NCBI GenBank assembly: GCA_937915965.1
Contig: CALGHC010000432.1
Span: 1 to 43,438, forward strand
Direction: 5' to 3'
DNA length: 43,438 bases
Source: an uncultured Myxococcales bacterium
GTDB taxonomy: Bacteria; Myxococcota_A; UBA9042
Shown here: in pieces, positions 28,406 through 36,309 of the stretch
Layout of the letters: every line of letters begins with the position of its first letter
Numbering within the stretch: position 1 is the first letter of the stretch
The notes under the pieces: model-generated
The model's input: only the letters and a program-made list of their open reading frames with translations
Told to the model about the DNA's origin: nothing
The model's database searches: none
Translations under genes and position numbers: made by a program

Positions 28406-30559
28406 TTACCGCGGCGGCAATGAGCGGCAAGCACGCCAGACCGCTTCGGGCGAAAGCGGCAACCGCGACAGCTCCGCGCCGGTGGCGTCACGAACGGCGT
28501 TGCAGATCGCCGGGGCGACGGCCATCAAGCCAATCTCGCCCACTCCTTTGACCCCAAGCGGGTGACTTGGCTCGTTTCCCGGGACGAAGTGGACCTCGAC
28601 CTCGGGCACGTCGCTGGCTCGCGTCAGGCCATAGTCCGTGCCCCCCCGCGTCAGCAGATGACCGCCAGCGTCGAAGTCGAGTCGCTCAAAGAGCGCGAAA
28701 CCCAAACCCTGAATGGCCGCGCCCTCGACCTGGCCGTGGGCGTGTAGCGGGTTGAGCACCCGGCCGATATCGACGGCGACAATCAAGCGCACCACCCGGG
28801 TCGCGCCCGTCGCGGCCGATACGTCGACAACTGCGCCGCACGCGGCGAACGGCGGAGCGTTTCCGACCGGCTTGTGACGCACCGTCGCTTCCAGCGGAAG
28901 GGGCTCGCCGGCGGCGCGGCGATCACGGACCGCGCAGGCAGCGCGATGGACCGCCTCGCCCGCGACAAATGTACGACCCGAGGCGTGCGCCCCGCTGTCC
29001 TCGAGCTCATCCGCGGTGTCGCCGAGACCGACGGTGACGCGCGTCGGGTCGTGTTCGAGGACATCGGCAGCGATGCGGGCAAGCGTGGTCGCGACGCCAG
29101 TGCCTCCCTGATCGGGGGCACCAGACAACACCGTGAGCATCCCGTCGGACTCCAGCCGGACCAGGGCGGTCGACACCTCCTTGCGTCCCTTGCCGGAGGT
29201 GTGCATGGCCATGGCGACGCCGGTCCCACGTAGCATGCCGGCGTCGGCGGCTGGGGTTGTGCCGTCGCCCAGGGACCGTTCGATCTGATCGAGACACGCG
29301 CCGAGCTCGCACGACGAGATCCGCGCGCCAACCGTCTCGAAGCGCCCGGTCGTGGTGTCGACCCTGCCGACCGACGCGTTGGCGCTGCCGGCCGCCAGCC
29401 CGTGGCCGCGTCGGAAGGCGAACGGGTCGATTCCCAGCTCGCGGCAGATGCGATCGGTGTGGACCTCAACCGCGAACGTCGCTTGCGGATTACCAAAGCC
29501 GCGTGTCGCTCCGGCGACCGGCTTGTTCGTATAGACGAGGTGACCACGGAAGCGCAGCGCTGGCGCCTGGTAGAGGACCAGCGATCGAAGCGCACGCAAG
29601 ATGACGTAGGGACCCAGATCGAGGTGACCGCCAACATCGTACCAGGCGTCCATGGTGCGGGCGATCAGACGTCCGTCGCGATCAAGCGCGCTGCGCACCC
29701 GAATCCGAGCGCCGTGGCGCACGCGCCCGGCAAGGAAACCCTCGCTGCGGCGCAGCACACAACGCACCGGCCGGCCGGCTCGCAAAGCAAGCACCGCGGC
29801 GATGAACTCAAGGTCATCCATGCGGCTGCCGAAGCCGCCGCCGACCGGCGGGCAGATGACCCGCACAGCGCTGTGGTCGAGACCGAGCCAGTCGGCGAGC
29901 TGGGCGCGCAACTCGAAGGGGTCGGGCACACCTTTGTAGACAGTCAGACCACCGCCCGGCTGCGGCTCGACAAGGACGGCATAGCGTTCCCAAGCAGCTG
30001 CTTGCACGGTCGGCGTTCCGAATGTGTCGTCAAAGACGCGTGCGGCGCCGGCAAATCCGGCGTCCACGTCGCCTTGATCAAACGCGACCGGCCCGAACGG
30101 CAGCGCGAGGTTCGAGGCGCCGAGGTGGGCGGGAACCGCGTCCTCGCCCAGGGCGGCGTCAAGCGCTACGACGACCGGCAACTCGGTGTAGGTGACACGC
30201 ACCGCCGCGGCGGCAGCGCGAGCGAGCTCCTCGGTCTCGGCGAGGACGGCGGCGACAGGCGCGCCGCAGAAGGGCGGCTCGCTGAAGAAGACCGGACGCT
30301 GGCTGAGACGGCGGTCGTAGAAATTTTCGCCCGGGATCGCGCGCACATCGGTGTCAAAACAGGTGGCCACGGCGAGGACGCCCTCGAGCGAGAGAGCGCC
30401 GTCGATGTCGATCGCGTCGACCCGGGCGTGACCGTGTGGGCTGCGCACGACGGCGGCGTGCGCGAGGCCGGGAAGATCGAGGTCGGTGAGAAAACGGGTT
30501 CGCCCGGACGCCTTGTCGAGGGCATCGATCTGCGGCGCCCGCTGGCCCAATAGGCTCAT
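28406..30559 (-). CDS. Molybdopterin-binding large subunit of a xanthine dehydrogenase / aldehyde oxidase / CoxL-family hydroxylase
   Basis: The long ORF 28406..30973 is trimmed to the ATG at 30559, which forms an ATGA overlap with the upstream gene. Motifs are QIDALDKASGRTRFLTD, AVVRSPHGHARV, GGGFGSR and TRGFGNPQATFAVE, with a C-terminal GVKGVGEIG. Confidence 0.88.
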   Translation of the reverse strand: MSLLGQRAPQIDALDKASGRTRFLTDLDLPGLAHAAVVRSPHGHARVDAIDIDGALSLEGVLAVATCFDTDVRAIPGENFYDRRLSQRPVFFSEPPFCGAPVAAVLAETEELARAAAAAVRVTYTELPVVVALDAALGEDAVPAHLGASNLALPFGPVAFDQGDVDAGFAGAARVFDDTFGTPTVQAAAWERYAVLVEPQPGGGLTVYKGVPDPFELRAQLADWLGLDHSAVRVICPPVGGGFGSRMDDLEFIAAVLALRAGRPVRCVLRRSEGFLAGRVRHGARIRVRSALDRDGRLIARTMDAWYDVGGHLDLGPYVILRALRSLVLYQAPALRFRGHLVYTNKPVAGATRGFGNPQATFAVEVHTDRICRELGIDPFAFRRGHGLAAGSANASVGRVDTTTGRFETVGARISSCELGACLDQIERSLGDGTTPAADAGMLRGTGVAMAMHTSGKGRKEVSTALVRLESDGMLTVLSGAPDQGGTGVATTLARIAADVLEHDPTRVTVGLGDTADELEDSGAHASGRTFVAGEAVHRAACAVRDRRAAGEPLPLEATVRHKPVGNAPPFAACGAVVDVSAATGATRVVRLIVAVDIGRVLNPLHAHGQVEGAAIQGLGFALFERLDFDAGGHLLTRGGTDYGLTRASDVPEVEVHFVPGNEPSHPLGVKGVGEIGLMAVAPAICNAVRDATGAELSRLPLSPEAVWRACRSLPPR

Positions 30560-32088
30560 GAGCGATCCTTCGCTGAACCATCGGCCGAGCCGGCGGCCGT
30601 GGCGGTGAGTGCCGCGCTGACCGCAGCAGACCGCGCCAGCAGGGCCCTTTCTCGCAGTGCCTGGAGCCCGTTCGCGGCCCCCTCGACGAGGAGACCGTAG
30701 CCGGTGCATCGACACAGGTTGCCATCGAGTCCGCGCCGCAGCCCCGCTGGTGTCGCCTGCACATCGTCGCGATCGACCAACGCGTGCACGGCGACCACCA
30801 TGCCCGGCGTGCAAAATCCGCACTGAAGACCACCGCTTGTGACGAGCGCAGTCACGACGGGTCCGTCGGCATGTCGAGCCGCCGTTGTCACGGAGGCGCC
30901 GACGTAGCGCATGGCGGGAACAACGCATGAGTGAATGTGGTCGCCGTCGACGACCGCGCTGCATGCCCCGCATGTGCCCTCGCCGCAGGCGATCTTCAAG
31001 GCCAGGGAGCCCGCTGCCCGCAGGGCCTCGGCGAGGGATGCGTTCGCTGGGATGGCGGCCTCGCGCTCGACGCCGTCGACAATCGCCGTCCAGACGACTC
31101 GTTGCAGTGAGCCACCCGACGGAGAAGCCCCCGACGGAGAAGCCCCCGGCGGAGAAGCCCCCGGCGGAGAAGCCCCCGACGGAGAAGCCCCCGGCGGAGA
31201 AACCCCCGGCGAAGAAACGCCCGACGGAGAAGCCCCCGCAGGCCCAGCGAACCGATCAGGCGGCAGAACCGGCCGGTGGCTGGCGATAGTCGGGGCCAAT
31301 GGCGGCCTCGACAGGCGGAGAAGCAGGCGGCGGACCAACTCCCCTGCCATGGCGCGGCGGTACAAGGCCGACGCGCGCGGGTCATCGAAGACAGCCTGGA
31401 GGCCAGCGTCGACAGTGGCGGCCACCTCGTCGACGTCGTCGACGCCGGCGCCCGGAAAGTCGAAACCTTGGACGCGCATCGAGAGAGCACCGACAAAGAG
31501 GCGAACTCCCGCCGGACCGAGCGCCGCCGCGACCGTGACCAGGCCAGGACCGAGGGGAGTGCGACGGATCTTGTCGAAACCGGTCACCTCGCCCGGACGA
31601 CCTCGCAGCCCAAAACCGACGATCAGCTCGTCGGCACCGCGCTGCAGGGTAGCGACCGTTGCCGTGCGCGCTCCCGCAGGGCCGACCAACTCGACCTCGC
31701 CGTCGAGCAAGGCGACTGGCGCGATCAACGAGCCGAACCCCTGGCCGACATTGCCACCAAGGGTCGCAATGCGGCGGACCGCGCGCGGCACGAAGCCGCA
31801 AACTGCGTCGTGAAGCGCGGCGAGCTCCGGCGAGGCGAGCGCCTCGCAGCGAGCGAGGCGATCGACCGTGACGGTCGCGCCGATGTGCACGCGGTCGGTA
31901 CCGACGTCCAAGCGCCCCAGGCCAGCGTCGCAAAGATCGATGATCACATCCGGCCGGGGACCGGCCAGCCCGCCGAGCATCAGCGTCGCTCCGCCCAGCC
32001 AGACCGAGCCGGGGTGGGCCGCTCGCTGCGCCAGCGCCTCGGCCACCGAGGCCGGCCTGAGGTAGTGCGGTGCGGGGGCGCGGCCCAT
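30556..32088 (-). CDS. Fusion of a FAD-binding (CoxM-like) subunit and a 2Fe-2S (CoxS-like) subunit joined by a pentapeptide-repeat linker
   Basis: The N-terminus has the YLRPASVAEAL...GGATLMLGG...IIDL FAD_binding_5 pattern. The linker is GASPSGVSSPGVSPPGASPSGASPPGASPPGASPSGASPSGGS. The C-terminus has CGEGTCGACSAVVDG...SC, GLQCGFCTPGM and NLCRCTGY, the two 2Fe-2S motifs. GGAGA precedes the ATG at 32088. Confidence 0.85.
   Translation of the reverse strand: MGRAPAPHYLRPASVAEALAQRAAHPGSVWLGGATLMLGGLAGPRPDVIIDLCDAGLGRLDVGTDRVHIGATVTVDRLARCEALASPELAALHDAVCGFVPRAVRRIATLGGNVGQGFGSLIAPVALLDGEVELVGPAGARTATVATLQRGADELIVGFGLRGRPGEVTGFDKIRRTPLGPGLVTVAAALGPAGVRLFVGALSMRVQGFDFPGAGVDDVDEVAATVDAGLQAVFDDPRASALYRRAMAGELVRRLLLRLSRPPLAPTIASHRPVLPPDRFAGPAGASPSGVSSPGVSPPGASPSGASPPGASPPGASPSGASPSGGSLQRVVWTAIVDGVEREAAIPANASLAEALRAAGSLALKIACGEGTCGACSAVVDGDHIHSCVVPAMRYVGASVTTAARHADGPVVTALVTSGGLQCGFCTPGMVVAVHALVDRDDVQATPAGLRRGLDGNLCRCTGYGLLVEGAANGLQALRERALLARSAAVSAALTATAAGSADGSAKDRS
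31121..31240. repeat. 15-nt tandem repeat x8 (GGAGAAGCCCCCGRC) encoding the GASPx linker
   Basis: Eight consecutive 15-nt units were read directly, and the last three carry 1-4 substitutions each. They are in frame (5 codons per unit) within the CoxM-CoxS fusion gene. Confidence 0.9.
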
Positions 32089-32112
32089 GGAGGTCTCCGA
32101 CGGTGAGTGACG

Positions 32113-33015
32113 CTAGGGCAGCAGGTCGTGCAGATCGAGGTCGTAGTCGTCGGGGTTGCACGGGACCCGAACGAACTGCTCAAGCCAGTCGACGTAGTCC
32201 TTGTCCAGACCGATCTTGCGCGCGCCGGTGATGATCTTGTCGGTATTCGCTGGGTGCGAGGTGTTGCCCCAGATCCACCAGCGCGGCAGCGTGCGGTAGA
32301 TCTCGGCCCAGACCGACCGGCCAGATCCATCGTCAAGCGCGACCTGGTAGGTCTTGCGCACGAGGTGACGGCCTTCCTTCTCCTGTGGATCGAGGGACGC
32401 TTCCATCTCAAGGTTGCTCATGCGGTAGAGCGCACCGCGGACGATGCCGTCACGGCGCGGCAGGATCGTGACGTAGGTGAAGCGCTCGACCTGGCTGTCC
32501 TTGGCGAAAGCGACCTGCCACCCGTCGACGTGGCCGAGCTTGCAATCGTACGTCACGAGTTCTCGGCGCTCGCTGAAGTCGAACATGTTGGATGCATAGC
32601 CGAAATACCAGCATGTCGGGCTGAGCTGGCCAGCCTCTCGCGGCAGCGCACCACCAGACAGCAGCGTCTCGCCCTTCCAAGCGCCGGTCCAGTCTCCCGA
32701 CCACGTCCACAGCCACGCGTCAACGGGCTGCCCCTCCGAACCGGGTCGAACCCGCCAGCGGCGGCGCTCGAAATCTGGTCCGTAGTGGTTGTCGAGCGAG
32801 GCGAGCAGCGTGTCGTCGCCGTAGTACAGCTCGCCGGCGACCCAAGCGTCGCCGCCGCCACGTACCGCCAGCGCGGCGTCGGGCTCACCCTTGTGATCCA
32901 ACGAGAAGGCGACGCCTTTGACGCTGGCGCGTCCGGCAAAGAGATTCTCGCCGAGCAGCGCGTGGTGGCGACCGCCGTGGGCAAGGGTGTTGTGTACAAA
33001 GACGAGCTGATCCAT
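32113..33015 (-). CDS. Tandem gamma-glutamylcyclotransferase-like (GGCT/AIG2/GGACT) domain protein
   Basis: 300 aa. Domain 1 starts LVFVHNTLAHGG (compare the VFVYGTLxxG motif) and runs to GELYYG...LD..YG. Domain 2 starts WYFGYASNM (compare YFAYGSNL) and runs to GALYRMS...LDPQEKEG. GGAGA precedes the ATG. Confidence 0.6.
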   Translation of the reverse strand: MDQLVFVHNTLAHGGRHHALLGENLFAGRASVKGVAFSLDHKGEPDAALAVRGGGDAWVAGELYYGDDTLLASLDNHYGPDFERRRWRVRPGSEGQPVDAWLWTWSGDWTGAWKGETLLSGGALPREAGQLSPTCWYFGYASNMFDFSERRELVTYDCKLGHVDGWQVAFAKDSQVERFTYVTILPRRDGIVRGALYRMSNLEMEASLDPQEKEGRHLVRKTYQVALDDGSGRSVWAEIYRTLPRWWIWGNTSHPANTDKIITGARKIGLDKDYVDWLEQFVRVPCNPDDYDLDLHDLLP

Positions 33016-33104
33016 GCGTGCTCTCCAGGTCTGGGCTCAGGCGCGGCGGGGGGCGCTGCGACGGCGCGGGTTTTGCCTTCCGGGGGGAGCGAGGGCCGCG
33101 CAGT

Positions 33105-34427
33105 CTAGACGCGGGCTCCCTGGCCGCGCAACCGATTGCGCAACGCGGCGACGTCGAGGTCGCGCGGGGCGACGTCCTGATCGGCACACAGGACCGCGGC
33201 GAGACCGGCAGCCTCGCCCAGCGCCATGGACGTCGCCTGCATGCGCGCGGACGACTGCGCGATGTGGGTGGCCGAGATGCATCGGCCCGCGACGAGGATC
33301 CCGTCCGCATCCACCGGTACCAGCGCACCATAGGGGATGTCGTAGTCGACGTCCTTCCAGATCAACGACTCGCGGCTCTTCCAATCGAGCCCCTTCTCCT
33401 GGCGCGGATCGCCCGGTGTCGCCGAATGAGCCTCGAGAAAGCACGTGCCCTTCGCGATCCCAAGATCGCTCTTGCGATCAGCGCGCACATCGTCTTCGGT
33501 CAGGGTGTAGACGCCGCGCAGACGCCGGGCCTCGCGAGGCCAGGTCTGCGCTGACGTCTGCAACAACGCCGAGTTCTCGAAGCCCGGCACGTTCGCCCGC
33601 ATCCAATCGTGGACCTTGCGCAGACCGTCGCGCGTCTCGATCTCCGCCCAGCTGATCGCCCGAGGATCGGTCGGATCGCACCAGTGTTGCACCAGCCTGC
33701 ACCACACCTGATCGCGCAAGATGCCCCCCCGCACGACGCGTGGGAACATGATGCCGAGCATCACGGGGGGAATGTCGCCGCGCTGCCACGCCGCGTCGAG
33801 CAGGGGCGAGACGTTCTGCTGGCTCCAGCCCATCATCTCGGGGTAGGTCATCTCGGGGGTGTAGGGCAGATGGACGTTGCCGAAGATGCTCGCGAGCAGC
33901 ATGGGCTGCGGCTTGCCGTCCTCTTCGCGGCCCACGTCAAAGGCGCATCCGGCGGCATCGAAGACGTCGCCATCGCCCGAGCAGTCGATGGTCACCTTGG
34001 CGGCGACCTCAAGACGACCGCGCTTGGTCGCCAGCGCCGCGCCGGTGACCCGAGCGCCGCTGCGCACTACGTCGATGAAGCGGCAGTGGAAGAGGATGTC
34101 GACGCCAGCATCGACGAGCAGCCGGTCCATCACCCATTTGCAGGTCTCGACGTCCCAGACCGGTTTGCAGACCGCGTCCTCGGCGACCATGCGATCGAAT
34201 AGTTCGCGAGCGATACCCTGCACGGCCCAGCCGTCTGGATCGGTCGACGTCGCCCAATACTTGAAGGGCTCGTAGCCGACTGGAGTCAGCGCCAGCCCCA
34301 TCGAAAACGCGCCACCGGCAGCACCGTAGCGTTCAACCAGAAGCGTCCGTGCGCCCGCCCGCGACGCGGAGATGGCGGCGGCAACCCCCGCCGGACCAGC
34401 TCCGATCACCAAAACGTCGTACTGCAT
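33105..34427 (-). CDS. FAD-dependent oxidoreductase (FAD_oxidored / GidA-like fold)
   Basis: 440 aa. The N-terminus is MQYDVLVIGAGPAGVAAAISASRAGARTLLVERYGAAGG (dinucleotide-binding motif). The C-terminus has ILVAGRCIS...ARMQATSMALGEAAG, typical of this family. Confidence 0.75.
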   Translation of the reverse strand: MQYDVLVIGAGPAGVAAAISASRAGARTLLVERYGAAGGAFSMGLALTPVGYEPFKYWATSTDPDGWAVQGIARELFDRMVAEDAVCKPVWDVETCKWVMDRLLVDAGVDILFHCRFIDVVRSGARVTGAALATKRGRLEVAAKVTIDCSGDGDVFDAAGCAFDVGREEDGKPQPMLLASIFGNVHLPYTPEMTYPEMMGWSQQNVSPLLDAAWQRGDIPPVMLGIMFPRVVRGGILRDQVWCRLVQHWCDPTDPRAISWAEIETRDGLRKVHDWMRANVPGFENSALLQTSAQTWPREARRLRGVYTLTEDDVRADRKSDLGIAKGTCFLEAHSATPGDPRQEKGLDWKSRESLIWKDVDYDIPYGALVPVDADGILVAGRCISATHIAQSSARMQATSMALGEAAGLAAVLCADQDVAPRDLDVAALRNRLRGQGARV

Positions 34428-34653
34428 GCTTGCTCCTTCTGTCGTCCGTTCAAGATAGTCGTTCGTACCGGCAATGGACAGGGTGTGGCCAGGCGGCCGC
34501 GGCGACTGACGAGCCCGCGGGCCGCCACGTCTTGCGGTGCTTCAGAGATTGTGCAGCATCTGCGGGGAGATGGGCGCGGGGCGAGCGCGGCAGAAGGCGG
34601 GCAGAGCGACCGGGCAAGTTGACCCCGATCAAGCCCGCCTGCACACTGAACGC

Positions 34654-36192
34654 ATGAAGCGTGGCCTGCCCCAACAGCCCCGGATCGCGTTCCTGCAGCC
34701 AGGACAGTTGATGCCGCGCGACGCCCTCGACGCGGCGCACTCGTTCAACGTCTCGACCACCGCACTCGCGATCCTTGGTGCGCTGCGCGACGGCGGCTAC
34801 GACGACCTGCACTTCTTCGACATCGCCTGTGAACACGGTGACGCGGTCAGCAAGTTCAACGAACACCTGTTCTACAAGGGTGCGGCCGATGCGGACGTCG
34901 CGACATGGCTGGGCGCGACCGCGCCCGACGCTGTCCTGCTGACGTCGATGTTCACCTGCGATTTCCCGGCGACGGAGCACGCCCTGCGGCTGGTTCGGCG
35001 GACCTTGCCAAACGCAGTCATCGTAGTGGGCGGTCGGCATGCTTCGCTGATGCCGCACTGGCACCTCGACAACGAGGCCGTCGACTACCTCGTGCAGGGC
35101 GAAGGTGAGCAAGCGATCATCCGGCTGATCGATGCTTTGACCAGGCGCGTCGACAGCGTTGACCCCGAGCAGCTCCCTGGCATCTTCACCCGCGGCACGC
35201 TCAACCCGTCGCAGCCCAAGGCCTGGCCCGAAGCGAAGCTGGGCGGTTCGTTCGCCAAGGACCTCGTGCTCTTCAAGCCCGATGGCTCGTTCCGCTACCG
35301 CGAGATCATCCTGACCGAGTCCCCCAAGGACCACCTCTACAAGGGCAACGCGCCTGCCCTGCACTCTGCCCCTTTGATGGCCACCCGCGGCTGCCCGCTC
35401 GCGTGCCGCTTCTGCGGCAGCCACTTCACGCCGGACATGCGCCCCGTCGGGCTTGAGCGCCTGATGGGCGACATCCGCTGGGAATACGAACGCGGAATCC
35501 GAATCTTCTACAATATTTCAGAAAATTTCTGCCTGCACGCGCAGGATCGGGAGCTGGTCTCGCTGCTCGCCGACTACCGCACGGAAGTCGGCGGCGACAT
35601 CTTGCTGACACACCCGAACTCGACCTACCTGCCGGTCTACATGAAGGGCAAAGCCCCTGACGCCGCCTTCATCGAGAAGCTCATGGCTGCGGGCACAGAG
35701 CTCGTGACGATCTCTCTTGAGACGTTCTCGCCGCGCTTCGACGACAAGAAGCTCTTCCGCAAGTTCACGATCGGGCAGGTCGAGGCGCTGTGGGCGCACT
35801 TCCAGTCGGTCGGCTTGAAAGTGCACCTCTACATGATGACGGGCTTCCCAGGTCAGACCGTGACTGAGTTGATGCACGACGTCGCCCAGGTCCACGACTG
35901 GATCGAACGTGGCCTGGTCGACGCCGCCTCCTGGTCCAACCTGCTCTACCTTCCGGGCACGGCCTACTACCGCTTCGCCGTGGAACAGGGCTTCTTTGAC
36001 GAGGCGTGGTTTCGCCGTTCGATCGACAAGGGATTCAACTTCTTCGCGGTGCCTGAGCGGTTGAACTTTTCGGCGGTCCCCACGCCGATGCTGCGCGACG
36101 TACTCGCCAACCTGCGCGTCGCCGACTATGCCGGTGCGCTGCGCGCTGGTGACGGCGCCGCGGCAGGTGTGCAACCCATCGTGGGTGGCTAG
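34654..36192 (+). CDS. B12-binding-domain radical SAM protein (second, divergent copy)
   Basis: ORF 34537..36192 trimmed to the ATG at 34654. It has a B12-binding-like N-terminal domain (VLLTSMFTCDF...VIVVGGRHASL...VQGEGEQAI) and the radical SAM motif ATRGCPLACRFC. Confidence 0.8.
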   Translation: MKRGLPQQPRIAFLQPGQLMPRDALDAAHSFNVSTTALAILGALRDGGYDDLHFFDIACEHGDAVSKFNEHLFYKGAADADVATWLGATAPDAVLLTSMFTCDFPATEHALRLVRRTLPNAVIVVGGRHASLMPHWHLDNEAVDYLVQGEGEQAIIRLIDALTRRVDSVDPEQLPGIFTRGTLNPSQPKAWPEAKLGGSFAKDLVLFKPDGSFRYREIILTESPKDHLYKGNAPALHSAPLMATRGCPLACRFCGSHFTPDMRPVGLERLMGDIRWEYERGIRIFYNISENFCLHAQDRELVSLLADYRTEVGGDILLTHPNSTYLPVYMKGKAPDAAFIEKLMAAGTELVTISLETFSPRFDDKKLFRKFTIGQVEALWAHFQSVGLKVHLYMMTGFPGQTVTELMHDVAQVHDWIERGLVDAASWSNLLYLPGTAYYRFAVEQGFFDEAWFRRSIDKGFNFFAVPERLNFSAVPTPMLRDVLANLRVADYAGALRAGDGAAAGVQPIVGG

Positions 36193-36232
36193 ACGCCGTT
36201 GTCGGCAGGTGGTGGTGACGCGACGGCGGCGT
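36193..36232 (+). terminator. Stem-loop immediately after the rSAM stop codon (possible terminator or processing site)
   Basis: ACGCCGTTGTCG (36193-36204) pairs with CGACGGCGGCGT (36221-36232), giving 12 bp including 2 G-U pairs and a 16-nt loop. There is no U-tract, so a terminator function is uncertain. Confidence 0.25.
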
Positions 36233-36245
36233 GCGGCCGGCCCAG

Positions 36246-36274
36246 ATGACGGGCCGAGCGTCGTGCTCTACAAT
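36246..36274 (+). promoter_or_regulatory. Candidate sigma70-type promoter of the glycan operon
   Basis: ATGACG, a 17-nt spacer, then TACAAT (36269-36274). This lies about 36 nt upstream of the GT4 start codon. Motif match only. Confidence 0.35.
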
Positions 36275-36309
36275 CCCGGCCCCTTCGTCCCCCGCCGCGA
36301 GGCCAGGCT

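Noticed and set aside
30560-30973. N-terminal 138-aa extension of the CoxL-like ORF (ORF track 28406..30973).
   Set aside because: The extension is Arg-rich nonsense that overlaps the well-conserved 2Fe-2S C-terminus of the upstream gene in another frame. The ATG at 30559 gives the canonical MSLLGQRAPQIDALDK... start and an ATGA coupling overlap.
28406-32088. Selenium-dependent molybdenum hydroxylase, linking the CoxL-like enzyme to the nearby tRNA-Sec.
   Set aside because: tRNA-Sec serves co-translational Sec insertion, not the labile-selenium cofactor. No selD, yqeB or yqeC-like genes and no in-frame TGA are seen in the hydroxylase genes. The two features lie 19 kb apart, which is most likely coincidental.
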